From Tubulanus polymorphus (taxonomy: Eukaryota > Animalia > Nemertea), in contig NC_134029.1 in NCBI RefSeq assembly GCF_964204645.1, forward strand, positions 13,976,850-14,040,849: a DNA stretch of 64,000 bases, read 5' to 3'. Position 1 is the stretch's first letter, and each line of letters starts with the position of its first letter. This document shows positions 51,366 to 64,000 of this stretch, piece after piece. Under the pieces are notes generated by a model, which was given only the letters and a program-made list of their open reading frames with translations, did no database searches and was not told the DNA's origin. The translations under genes were made by a program, and so were the position numbers.

Positions 51366-54024
51366 TAATACTTGAATATTTTGGAAAATTTTATATTTTT
51401 TATTAGAATATTTCAATATAATAGTGTATAACTTAACCTGAAATAAATGTCATAACTTTAAAGAAAAATATTTGACCAAAAGAACATTTGACGGAAATGG
51501 TACACGATTTAATGAAGTACACCTCCTATGCAATTTTCAGATTGTAAAATTGATACTATATGACACCTCCAATGAAAAAATTAGATTTCAGGACCATCTA
51601 CATAAAAAGTGTGCCACCTGTTTTACTGAACATTTTCGCGATAGGCAAATGAATTGGAAGCATGACGTCATCAGCTAGTGATAGCAAAAAGCGAACCATA
51701 GGTTCGCTAAAAAGTCAATCAATTATGGTTTGTCACTTTCTGATGAGTATTTGTGCTGTCTCATCATCTAGGCCTATCTGCATTCAAGATGCCGTTTGAG
51801 ACTGCTGAAATGATTGGATAGAGCATCGAACAAAATCTAAACCTATAGGAAAATATTGCCATATTCATCAGGAAGAAAATGAGCTGGTACGCCTAAAATG
51901 AGAATTTTGGAACTTTTTAATTGGCTTCCTGAATTTTTATGCTAAATAGGGCCTACAGAGAATTGCTAAAACACGCAGCTAATATCAAATTTTGTGTCAT
52001 GCTTCCCAGAGCTCTTATAGTTTTCTGGACATATTCAAACCAAAACTAACAGCCACGCAAGTGAAAATCAAAATGAATACATGTGTAATTGTTCGTTCTT
52101 CTAGATCGTAGAAAGGTAAAAAACCACTTTGCCTGTGGCAAATTATTTTCCAATATGGTTGATATTTTAGGTTTCTAACGTATTGTTGTTTGACAGATAA
52201 ATCTACCTATCTTCTCATGTCACAGTGAATTCATCTCTGTAAATATTGAGTTATGAAAATTCCAGGAAATCATGTTATTTTTAGACAGTTAATATATCCT
52301 AGTTCTAATGATGAATTGAGTTGTATAATTGCTTCTTACATAGGCCTGAGCCAGCGCCCTGAAACTGCATGTTACAATGATCAGTTGTACACTCATCCCA
52401 TACTGTGTGCTCATACATTTCTAACGTATAGCTTAAACTTCTCTGTCAAATTTATAGGATACGGTAGAACCTATCCTTTGCACATGTATTTAAATGAAAA
52501 CAAGATTTACATTTTCTCCTGATAAGCCTTCAGGGTGATGAAGTTCAATTAACACTGTATAATTCTTCAAAAGTTATCTATTGTATAAATCATTGCATCA
52601 ATCAATTTTTTCTTATTCTTTTTAACAATAAATTTATTTCCACAATATACATTAGTACAAGAGACTTACAAAATAAACTTACAAACTGCATTTAAAATGC
52701 ATTATATGCAAGTATATGCATCAATCAATAAATCTGTCACACTTGTTACGTTCATCCTTGTGATAAGTTAGAAACCTTAATTGTCATTACTTCATAACTC
52801 TCTAAATCTATGCAGTTATATATTATGTATCTTGATTGATGGGCATGACATGTGGAACTGCAATAAATCATTCATTGATTGTGGACCTGTATGTGCACAT
52901 AATTTAAACCTAGCTTATTATGTGACTGAAAATATTGAATAAGTAATGAAACAAACCCTTAACATACTTTTGACTTTTGAGGTGACGGTTAACTGATATA
53001 TTGCTTCCATAGGCCATACTAGGAAGTTAGAGTCATTTCAGTTGTACTTGCAAGTTATTTTTCTTGCTATAGTTATCCAAGTTTACCCCATTAATGGCAT
53101 ATTTCATTTTAGTGTGTGCCACCCGTTACCTATGAGATAAAAATTTTCAATCTCTTTATTGCGTTAAATTTATTGGTGTATGCTAAAGATCTATTAATCC
53201 TCTTTTGATTAAAACATGATTCATGATAAGTTACGGCTGTTGTCACATAAAATTATTTATTTCAGTTTGACGGTAGTAGAGTCCAATTTTCTGGCATATG
53301 ATCTTTGACCGGGCTTCTCTCTTTAAATGTACCTCACACAATAAAATTTTTCACTGCATATGGAAAGAATAATCATTTACTGCGTGAAAATAATATTCGT
53401 TTTCGATGCGCCATTGCCTGAAAACGGCAGCAGATGACTAAAGTAACGAATCTCAGGTGACGGATTTTCAACCAAAAAAGTTGAAAAAAAATCCTATTTA
53501 CCAGTATAGCAGCGGGTTATCAGTTATTTCTAGAGAATTGGAGAGGGCTTTTCATTTTAAGAATATCCATGTGTAATTATCCTAATGATCACAGTCATAA
53601 GAGCCCAATCTTGAAACGTGTTCCTACGCTACGTGTGACGGATTTGTAGCGTTTTCACATGAACGGTTGCAGTAGCGTACGCACAAACCTTCTCCTATTT
53701 TACATGAATGGGCTTCTCTACGCAGCTAAGTATAGATCAGGATTTTCCATTCTATTAATAGGGCATAATTCAGCGTTCGTATATACACGTGTAGTCGACA
53801 GGTGTGCTGTCATTTAGCAGCAGAGCGTGGCTGGCTGTAGCGTAAGCACAGGCAGCAATGAGAAGTCAAGATTAATCTTAATCATATAACAATATAAACT
53901 TTTATTCGCATGAATTAACAATTAACATTCTAATGGAACACAGGTATGTTTTAAGTATTGTTTGAATAATAAATCTTCCTCAATTTAAATTTGATTTGCG
54001 CATAATTCTCGTTTGGTTTCATTT

Positions 54025-56902
54025 TTAGAGATCAAGTTGTGCCTTTAATTCAATTTCGATGCCTTTACATTGTTTGTATTCGACACCTGCTTGTTTCAAA
54101 TCTGCTTCGCTGAAAGTGAATGGGCCATGGCCCATTATATCGAGAGGACCAAAAAACCGCCGCCGTCTGTCGACACTATCGACGTCTGGACGTTTAGGCC
54201 AGTCGAAGCTCGTAGCACCGGTTTTGTGAAGGAATTTCAGTTTCGCTTTGGCGTCTTGAACTTCTAATATCCTGCCGATGTAGAATGTTTTCTCATAGAA
54301 AACAGCATGGTATTCGCCATCATTGATCGCAGTTAGCGGAATCAACTCGCTATCAGGATCGCTTTCGGGATCGTCCACCTTACAGAAATACAGTTTATTT
54401 AATATTTCATTACATGTTGTATTCTATGGTATATATTGAGACATTATAAATGAGAAATAACTTATATCAGCTTGTAAATATCTTGTAAAAGTAAATAAAA
54501 TAACTTGTATTAAATTGTAAATAAAATAACTTGTGTAAAATTGTAAATAATATAACATGTGTAAAATTGTTAATAAAGTAACTTGTGTCAAATTGTAAAT
54601 AAAATTAACAAACTACCGGTATTCATCCCAATGAACTATTTTGAAATAAAGACCAACCTGAAATTCTGTTACTAAGGGTACGGTGGATCGAAGTTTACGC
54701 TTGTTGTATAATCCAGTGTATACTACATTTAGGCAAATAGACATAGGTTTCCGTCGATCAGATGGGGCACTAATGCAAACACGACAGAAACAACTAAACT
54801 CTTTGACTTCAATATTCGCACTTATACCGCATTTTCTAAAAGCATGAAGGCGCCTGCTGCCATTTACTGTTTGCACCGAGTTTACAAATGGTTCATCGTG
54901 GTTTATCTCGTTAATCGATGTATAAATGTATGACCGTTTGGTCAAGGGGTCATCCAGAAGCAGATTTTTGCTACAAAATTCGAACATATCTGAACCATTC
55001 TTGATAATGAACTTTCCGGATGCTATGGCCCGGTCGACTGCTCGATTTATAATTCCAATTTCGCCATCCCCTTGACCTTTGCCGTGCTCCGAGCCGTAGT
55101 AATGTCTTTCAATTGGGATATGTGTTTTAGCAAGGTAACCAAAACAGCCTTTGCCTTTGTACTGTGAGGCGCAACCGTCCGAAAAGATTATTACTTTTTC
55201 AAATTCATTTCCAGTATTTTCAAGAAGCGAGTCGTAAGCTTTCTGAAAATAGTGTTCTACTGCGTGGAAGTCGTGGTTTATGTCATCCGATATGATGATA
55301 AATGCATGTCGCACGGCGGTTTCGGAATTCGGTAATTTATAGTATGCAACACATGGGTGTAATGTAACTTGTCTTTTTCCGAAATACGTGCCTTTGATTT
55401 CTCTATTCTTTGCGAAATCTACGATAAACAATGCCAAATTATCGGGTAAATTTTTCGCGGAGGTTTCGATATTGATATGATTGCCAGCGAGCAGTAAAGA
55501 CATGTCGTACAAATGTAACACCACCGCTATTCTGAAGATCAATTTCAAAATTCAGACAAGATCTCGGCTAATGTGCCACGCTTTGTAATTAGAGAATATA
55601 TTAATCTGCCATTAGAATCCTCGTGTTTTTCCCAGTGATTCCACGTGATTATCTCATCAGTTGATATATTGCTATACAAGGCACGGATAGTGTCACCGTG
55701 GTCCTTGCATATGTCACATTCAGACAGGCTACACGAGCGGTTGTAAAAATGACTGGCATCTGATTTAGGACATAAAAGTATGTCGATTAATGAGTCGACG
55801 TTCGATACTTTAATTGAGCTATGAAGCGATAATGAACTGATTTTGAATTTTGCATTTTCGCAATACACACAGGTACAAACTTCTCTTGTAGATGAGAGAA
55901 GACGAACGTTTCTGGGCCTCAACAGAGTGAACTTTGTAAACCCGATTCGTATCTGAGGGTTTTCTTTCTGAAATATACCATATGCTGCTTTTAGAGAGCA
56001 TGTCATACGGTAGCTTGGCCCGTGTTTGTTGGCAAACCTTTTCTCCGGACGTATAGAGGATATATCCTCCCGCATGTATAAAGCACGAATTGTGTTAAAT
56101 TGGGCCAAGTTAAGTTTAGACCGTGGTTTTCGAGTGAGGCCCACTTTTTGGGCTTTGGTAATAGTTTGACGATTGAGCCCAGTTTCTTTACTGAGACGTC
56201 TGATACTAACTCTCTTTCTATTCTCGATAAACTGCAATGCAACTGATTTAACTACGTGTTTACTGCAGTTTTTCATGTCATCGGGAAATTGATCGGATTT
56301 TGATGGAAGTGTGGAGGAATTTGATTTTTCAAACAATCTTTTCACAATAACAGCATATTTTCGGGGAGATTTGGGCATAGCTTTATTGGCTTTGTGTGTT
56401 GCATTGTAGAGTGATTGCTTTGAATTATATGGGCCGATCTCGTCGCCACCAGTGCTGCATGCATTTTTTGTCTGGGAATTGCGCTCAGTGGCCGCTCTTT
56501 TTCTTCGCCGGTCATACTCTCTTACGCGTCGACGTTTTTGTCCGGACCAGTTTCTTTACGCTTTCGTTCTCGCCATGCGGCATGTTCGTCAACCACCTGG
56601 CCTCTCGTCTTAGGCCTTAACTTAATACGAAGTCCACCTCCAGTTTCTTTAACTGAAGAGCTTAAGCTTTTTTCTTCCTCTTTCCATTTTGCCCGAAGAC
56701 GACGATTCCTATTGCGTGTTTGTATTTTAATGTGTTCCCGTTTTTTAAGCGATTCTTTGTTCGGATTCTTTTTATTACACTCTACCTTAAGCTTCAGCCT
56801 TCGTTCTCGTGCTGCAATTTGTTGGCGAATTTTATACTCTTCGTATTTTTCGGGATCATTTTGTTTTAGATTTTGTCGGTACAGTGCCGTCCTTGAAGTC
56901 AT
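54025..56902 (-). pseudogene. Sola2-type DDD transposase; frameshifted, with a phase-0 intron at 54379-54657
   Basis: Cys-rich CTCVYCEN, VDFAKN, QVTLHP, ISDDINHD, FSDGCASQYK, EHGKGQGDG, SCFCRVC; last exon YIGRIL..KFL..FDWPKRPD. Confidence 0.8.
54470..54605. repeat. ~26-bp AT-rich minisatellite in the transposase intron
   Basis: AAATAAAATAACTTGTGTAAAATTGT repeated about five times. Confidence 0.75.
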
Positions 56903-57647
56903 CTGGAAGAACCAGGAATATGTTGCCAACTGATGACAGATAATGTGAAAATCAATTTAGGCCTAACTCTACTAATTATATAATTCGTGGTGAAAATATC
57001 AAATACGTCTGTCTGATCGAGTGATAGATTCGCTTTAGTTAGTTTTTAATTGAGTTTAGTGGGCTTATTAGGTTGAAATCATCTAGCCTAAATAGCGTAG
57101 TCACAAATTATCAGTCACAAAATTAGCGTCCGCACAGAGACGGCCGTCACGTGTGTAGCCTCGTTTACAAATCAATCAATAATCCCCACCCTGTGGGCAA
57201 CCTTAGTTGACCTTGGTGCTATCGCCATGTTTTTTATCAACTGGGGGGTAAAAAATTGCAAAAGATCAAAGTTTATTTACGATTTGAAGTATTTTTGGCA
57301 TAAGAAAAACAATTCAATGATTTCCTACGCTACTTGTTAACTACGCTATCATGCGTGACGGAATATTGCAAATCTCATTATAACAAAAACGTGAACTTAC
57401 TGCTGCAGTTTCCAATTACTCTTGCGTGCCCATCGTATACAAGATTCAAAAAAGTGCGATATGAAGTCATCAACTCCATATATGGACCTACGCAGGCTGG
57501 TTGCGTACGCTACTCATGCGTGACGTAAAAAAATATCGTAGCGTTCGCTCTCACTCAGGCTGCTTGATTCGACGATTCGGAGTACTCCGAGTATTACTCT
57601 GGAGCACACCGGAAACAAACGGTATCCGTGTTATCAGAGTAACAAAT

Positions 57648-58615
57648 ATGGTGGACAAGGCGGTATTATTTCGATCGTTCATCCCATTATTGTTGGAAGA
57701 ATGTATGGAGGAAGCCATCTACACGGAAGTTAATGGCTACACATTAAGCATGTACTGTTTGCTGATTACTGTGTAAGTAATGTTAGTCTACGAGCTGATT
57801 CTTGCGTTCTAATCTTCTAACATGTCAATGATCGTCTTCAAGACACCACCTCCTCCAGTCCTAGTCCTCCTCCTCCCAGACCGGCCTCATCAACAGAGGC
57901 TCATTCCATTCAGTAAGAATAGCCAGTAAGTTAGTGAAGTTTTCACTGTGAAGTTTTACGATCAGATTTTTTCCACTTTAGCTTCTTCATCAGACTATAA
58001 AAGGCTTACCACTAAGACCTTAAATTGTTATGTGTGCAATAAATAATATATGTTTTGTTTCTGTTTCTTTTTTAGAACAAGAGAAGACAGAGAAAAATGT
58101 AGAAACTATGTCGAGAGTGTAATTCCACGATACCTCGCAGATGATTTTAGCAGATTCTTCCGAATATCTAGAGCTACATGTGAAGTGATTATGCAGAATA
58201 TAGGACCATATTTAAGGCAAAGGCCTAATGAGGAGTGTGGTGGGAGAAAACCAATTACGATCGAAAAACAGTTACTTATAACCATATGGTATATTTCCCA
58301 TCAGGAAACAATACATAGAATGGCTGATCGCTTTGGCGTTACTGATTTTACCATTCTTAAATCTAGAAATCGCGTGTTTAATGTAGTTATGACGCATTTG
58401 AAGAAAAAGTTCATAAAATTACCTTTCGATGATTTTGCGAAGAACAAAATAAAAGATGAATTTCTCATGAGCTCTTAATTTCCGAATATACTTGGGGCTT
58501 TAGATGGAACACACATCAGCATTATAGCTCCACATGAGCATGCACAGGTGTACGTTAATAGAAAGAAATATCATTCAATTGTTTTGCAAGGCGTTTGTAC
58601 TGCTAATTTATCATT
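57648..58615 (+). pseudogene. Harbinger (HARBI1-like) DDE transposase; truncated
   Basis: FSRFFRISRAT, EKQLLITIWY..MADRFGV, *FPNILGALDGTHI, YVNRKKYHSIVLQGVC; start approximate. Confidence 0.9.
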
Positions 58616-58617
58616 TA

Positions 58618-59225
58618 CCGTATTTTCCGGCCAATAAGCCGATTTTCTAGCCTCAGATTTTTACCCAAAATATCGTGATCGGCTTATTGGGCGGATACGA
58701 TCTGACATAAAAAATCACTTCCTGATCTATGCCACTCTAATGCTCTCAATGATCGTCAAAATCAAGAAAAGTGGTCGATATTTATTTGAGGTCATTATTT
58801 ACTACCAATTATAATCTATTTTGAACTATTTTATTTTTACTTTGATTGTTCTATCACCGCACAGCGGCAATGGTATACATTTATATAACGCGCGAGTTCA
58901 TCGTACTACCACGTGTCAGTTCATACATTAGTATATATGCAAATCAGCAGTGAGCCGCGTACTGCGTGTATGGCTGCGTGTATAGTAATCAGCTGAGTGA
59001 GTCTATATATAGCACAGTCACTCGGCGATGATAGTATACACAGCACTCTCACACATCGGCGGGCGCTACTGTTGGCCTCTTAAATCGTCAATTAGGACGA
59101 ACTAATTGACAAATCAGTGAATTAAAATCTCTTATGAAGGGCCTCGGCTTATTGGGCGAAGCTTTATGAAATCCATGTATTTTAGGCTAAAAAACTGCCC
59201 TCGGCTTATTGGCCGGAAAATACGG
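58618..59225. mobile_element. pogo/Tc2-type MITE inside the Harbinger element
   Basis: TIR CCGTATTTTCCGGCCAATAAGCCGA with TA on both sides. Confidence 0.9.
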
Positions 59226-59259
59226 TATTCATGTCCTTGCTGGCTGGCAATTCTTTGAT

Positions 59260-60444
59260 TTAATTCTTCTTCAAGTCTTTAAACAGGTCCAAGAAGCCCT
59301 TCATAACGGTCATTCTGTCATTATGCATACGTTCCTGTTGGGCCCTAGCAGAATCCTGCCATTCCCTTTGTTCGGTCATGTGCTCATTGAGTACATCTAA
59401 TACCTGGGAGACGTTCGATTTTCTCTTCTTTGGCGGTGGGGGTGGGACCTTATCTCGCTCAGTCCTCGACTCGCTACTATCTGAGGCACAAGTTTCTTCA
59501 TCTATGGTTGAACCCGCGACATTATGAGGCTTGATGTTAGGACGTTTAAACACAAATTCCATTTCATTTTCGAATGGGTGTGTCTGGCATTCGTTACCAC
59601 TTTTTGAATTGTGGTCGCTTACTTTTTTCAAACCTCTCACAAGGGTCTTCCATCTGTTTTCTATTGTGCGCAAGTAAATTTATAACCTTTTGCCAACATC
59701 AATTGTGCTATTTTTTCCCACAGGGCCTTTTTTTTCTTGATTTTTGGTTCCCATTCTCGATATATGTTAATCAGAAGAAGCGACTCTCCTCTTTTCCATG
59801 TAGCAGTATCATCTGAAATGGAATAAGAAATTTATTAAAATCGCTGTAAGATCAAGAAGTCGGATATGGAAGGGTCAGGGAGAGAAGCAAAGCCTAGATA
59901 GGCCTACATACCACAACCAGCACTGTTATTATCATTAGAACATGTAGGCTTATTGTCAATTGGAACCTGGTCATCTTCAGATACATTACTGCTCATGCCA
60001 GACCGTGCTGGTCCTTCAGATTCTTCTTGTTGGAACTGTAATTCCATTTCCGGCTTTGTTCCTTGTTGTCGTTGAGGAGGCGCTGCAATTGTAGCTGGTT
60101 TGGCTTGTGATTTTGATTGAAGTTGAGCACGTGAGGCAACTGTGTAATGAAAGAAAAGAAGATTTATAATGAAAGTAATGTAATACATACTTGACGACAG
60201 CATTGCCATTAATTAATTAATCAATGGCATTATTGAGAGATCCTAAGCCTTGTTTTTGAAAAGCAGATTGATAAACACTACATGACAATTTTCAAAGACT
60301 TAATACGTGCAGAATGGTTGTCTTATATAAGGACTCACCATAACATTTATGTTTTTTTATCAGATCGACAAAAACAAACATTTTTCCGCAAATTGAACAC
60401 TTATAAAAAGTCAACGTGGGCGCCGAATCCTTTTTATCCGCCAT
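59260..60444 (-). pseudogene. Harbinger Myb/SANT (trihelix) DNA-binding protein with N-terminal zinc finger; 3 exons
   Basis: Exons ~60338-60444 (YKCSICGKMF..KKHKC), ~59910-60140, 59260-59813 (KALWEKIAQLM..IENRWKTL..HNSKSGN..HPFENEM, coiled-coil tail); one frameshift or stop. Confidence 0.8.
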
Positions 60445-61682
60445 TTTGCTAGTAATGCCATCTAGCGGTACACCTATCACACCGTTGATTTTCTCGGGGT
60501 AGCAGTGGAGAGTTCGGAGTAGTGCTCCCGCCTACTTGATTCACTAGTGTATTACTTGGTGTACTCCGGGTAACGAATCAAGCACCCTGACTGATTTATT
60601 GATTTTTGTGTCTGACTAGCCACATCGGGTTCAATCTTTGACTCTAGTTACATATCACTGAACATTTTATTGATTTAACAGTATTTGCTTCGGCAATATT
60701 GTATATATTTGTGCTAAATGTGTACATTTGATGAAGATGATTCTGTGACGGTGTAGCATGCCCACTTCTTGGTGAACTTCTGTGGTTATTTTTATGGGGA
60801 ATATACCAGTTTTTAGTTGATGATACACCATAAATTGATCATGCACAATGTCAGCTATTATACCAGAGTTGAATGAGATAATCTGTGGACACGATCTCAA
60901 ATCAGCCTCATATTATAATATTTGTTAGAATAACTCATTATAAAGCAAAACATGCGCAAATATTGTGTTTGGATACATTATTGTTCTTGTATTATGCAAA
61001 AGACTTCCGGGGACGGAATGGTACACACTAAAATGAAATCTGTCTAATGTACGTTTCCCATTCATTTTCAAATAAAATGTTTTTGAAAAAATAAAACAAT
61101 CTTCCTACCTACCTATCCTTAAACAGGTAAAATTGCTCAAATATTTTATATAGGCCTATATCATTATATCAATAACTGTCTTTGTAATGACAAATGATAT
61201 GTTATTATCAGGCCTAGAATTTTTTGCTATGGCTGTTATTCATCTTCTTTTAAGAGGTATTCACTGATGTGAAGTTTGAAACTGGAATGGTCGGATAGAG
61301 CATAAAACTTAAACCTCCAATGAATTACTAGTGAAAAGTTTCTCACTCATGCCCATCTTAAGCTTAGAATAAGGCCAGAAAACAAGCATAACTTAAGACA
61401 GTATTGAATTCTATAGATTTCAGCACAAGTGGTGACATATGTATATTTGTTATAATTGATACGGTTAGTTAGAGGTGGGACTTGTTTCTTTACCCAAACT
61501 GGAACTTCCGATTATCTGACAAAGTATCAAGGTCCATGCATGGACATTGACCTCTTGTTACCATTCAAATCACTTGACAAGAATTTTTAACTCTCTAGAT
61601 ATGTATCCTTTCCGGTCCATATGTTTCACGTGTTCTACAATTGCTTACGGGTACTTTTAATCATACTTCTCATTAATTTTAG

Positions 61683-61862
61683 ATGCTGGATCTGATATAT
61701 CTGCTCAGTCAAGTAAAGAACTAGTGAAACAGAGTTATCTGAAATCTACTTCAAGGATCGGTATTCCTAAAAACGCAAGCCAAACTATTGGTTGTGGAGG
61801 CTTGTTGCAAAAATATTTCGATATCCCTGGTAGTACTAGCAGCATGGATGAATACTCTTTGT
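61683..61862 (+). other. Possible orphan exon
   Basis: ttttag/ATGCTGG...CTTTGT/gtaagt with open frame AGSDISAQSSKELVKQ...DEYSL. Confidence 0.3.
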
Positions 61863-62649
61863 GTAAGTCATAGTTTGATTATTCCAGATATTTTAGCTAT
61901 TATTAGGCTACGGCTAGCCTATTACAAATATGTTATACAAACGGAGCGAATCTAAATGACATGGTTTCCAGAGGAATGGCCCTTTGACTGTGCAATTGAG
62001 TATCATAGGGCGCTCAATTTTGGACGTCGTTAAGATGTATGTGCTTTTTGGCGAAAATCTGAACACAAAAATATTGGTTTTAAAAAGCCAATCAGAAAGC
62101 AAAGACTCTGCTGGAACTACTAATTCAATCAAATTTTGTTCTGCAATATAAATATCAAATCCAATTAACTTTTACTTTATTGAACAAATAAAACATCAAA
62201 TCCAATTTAATTTGGTTTTATTGAACATATTTAAAAATCCAATTTGATTCTATTCCGCATTCAAATCAATAAAACCAAGGGAAAAGATTGATCTATTTGT
62301 TCTTGCCAGCTCCCTGTCTGTGCTACTTATGAAAACAAGGTTTTACTGTGTAAATTATAGGTAGGACTGTCTAAGCGGGGACATGTCTGAGTGGGGGAGT
62401 GTATTTTGACAATGTAACCCAATGAATGCATCATTTGCCATTTATGTAAAGCCGACTGGCTGGCCATAGTGCCCCTCGGAGCTCTTGTTTTTATTACCTT
62501 CATGACGTAATCATGAAGGTTATAAGATGGTAGCGAGTCGGTGACGTCATTTTCGTGTCGCCACTTATAACTTGTTGGTGGGAGTTCAGAAGAAGATTTG
62601 TCAAACAAGTAAATACTTAAATCTTATTAATGCAGAGTGTGAAATATTG

Positions 62650-63766
62650 TTTTTAGCCCACTTGGGACTTTAGTCCCAGCGGGCTCTTGCGTTCACTTTT
62701 CGTCCGTCCGTCCGTCGGTCGCCTTCCGTAGACGGAATCCAGTTATTTTGAAGAGTTTTGAAGACGCTTCTAGGTAATGTCTTGATATTTGCTTTATACA
62801 TGTATCTTCCCTAGACACATCTTCAGCCCAAAAAGTGGCCCTGTCAGAATCAAGACGGCCGACTGGCACTCATTGTTGTTCGTCAAAATCACCACTTTTT
62901 ACACTTTTTGAACTTTTTGAGGGAAATTTTGAAGACGCTTAAATCAATTACCTTGATCTTTCGTATATATTTGAATCCCCTAAGGGCCCATCACCATCAG
63001 AAAAATTGGGTCGATCGAAATCAAGATAGCCGTCCTATGACCTTTTTAGTGCCCAAAAATGTCAATTTTGGCCCAAATTCAGGGTCCTGTAGCTTCCTAC
63101 TGGTTTGCCATTTCTCATTGCAATTTGTGAAGGCTATTCTTTGGAAAGGGATGTTTTATACCTGAGCCAGGTATTTTTGATCGGCCAATTATGACGCAAT
63201 TGGCGGCCATCTTGGTATCATCAGTACTCATTCGTAGGTGGGAAAAAGTTTTTCCACATTATATTGATACATAAGCATATTTTATTACCACAATCAATTG
63301 CAAAGTTGTAGCTCATGACATGTCTATGATTGTGGTGAGTTTTAAGGACATTAGTTATTCTATATGGTCACCAGGGGGCGTTGAATAGTAGAATAACTTA
63401 GTATTTCCGTATTAGATTGGTACCAAGGCATATTTTGTTACCATGATCAATTGCAAAGTGGTAGTTTATGACATGTTCTATGATTGTGGTGAGTTTCAAG
63501 GTCATTGGGTTTTGCATATGGTCACCGGGGGACATTGAATAGTAGAATTACTTAGTATTTCCATATCGAATTGGTAACGAAGCATATTTTGTTATCACGA
63601 TCAATTACAAAATCGTAGCTGCTGACATGTTCTATGATTGAAGTGAGTTTCAAGGTCATTGGTTTTTGTATATGGTCACCAGGGGGCATTGAATATTGAT
63701 ATTGTTAGATTGTTGAGCATTGGAAACCACTTCCCAAGTGGGCATGGTGTCCCTGGACCCCTAGTT
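62650..63766 (+). mobile_element. Helentron-associated interspersed element (HINE/DINE-1-like), full-length
   Basis: Subterminal IR GCCCACTTGGGA / TCCCAAGTGGGC, 5' hairpin GGGACT..AGTCCC, (CGTC)n, ~154-bp internal tandem repeats, 3' short hairpin, T-rich insertion site. Confidence 0.9.
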
Positions 63767-64000
63767 TAAAATATTTCCCTAAATTATTTGAAAATGCCGA
63801 TAGTAAGACCGTGGGAAAGTTTTTATCGTTGAATTGGCGAATCACGGCGGCAGAGTGCACCTGTGATAAGGCGGAAATGGCTCCATGTGAAGGCAAAGCT
63901 TTTAAATGATTAGACAGTCGGAGGTGGTTTATCAACTTATTTCAATTATAGTGCTGCTATTTTCCCAATCAAATTGCTAGATTTCGATTGTCTCTCATAA

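Larger units (their letters stand above)
52700..57550 (-). mobile_element. Sola2-like DNA transposon; left boundary uncertain
   Basis: Contains the transposase; CTACGCTA..GTGACG subterminal motifs on both sides; right end reads GAGCGAACGCTACG on minus (GRG-type terminus). Confidence 0.6.
57558..60587 (+). mobile_element. PIF/Harbinger transposon with internal deletion
   Basis: TIR GGCTGCTTGATTCG / CGAATCAAGCACCC, flanks TCA and TGA (imperfect TSD); convergent transposase and Myb/SANT genes. Confidence 0.88.

Noticed and set aside
60600-60960. hAT transposase remnant on the minus strand
   Set aside because: Only vague similarity and many stops; cannot be supported without a search

Overview
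AT-rich, transposon-dense window from an animal genome, probably an invertebrate (inferred from spliceosomal introns and the transposon repertoire). Only one clear host gene is present, INO80E on the minus strand. The most notable locus is a degraded Polinton/Maverick-like endogenous virus (~4.67-12.95 kb). It consists of a 42-bp tandem array running directly into a ~410-bp hairpin, a zinc-finger/protein-primed PolB gene, a small conserved ORF, a packaging ATPase stub, a chromodomain integrase and a capsid C-terminus, and it abuts a 5'-truncated BEL/Pao LTR element. The rest is nested DNA transposons: a 12.8-kb EnSpm/CMC element with intact TIRs, Sola2-like, Harbinger and hAT remnants, five Helentron-associated (HINE/DINE-like) copies and many MITEs. 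Smaller points of interest are a 34-37-bp palindromic micro-transposon with 7-bp TSDs, a Penelope remnant with a hammerhead-like motif and a 548-bp fold-back. All calls were made by eye without searches, so family assignments are motif-based and some boundaries are approximate.
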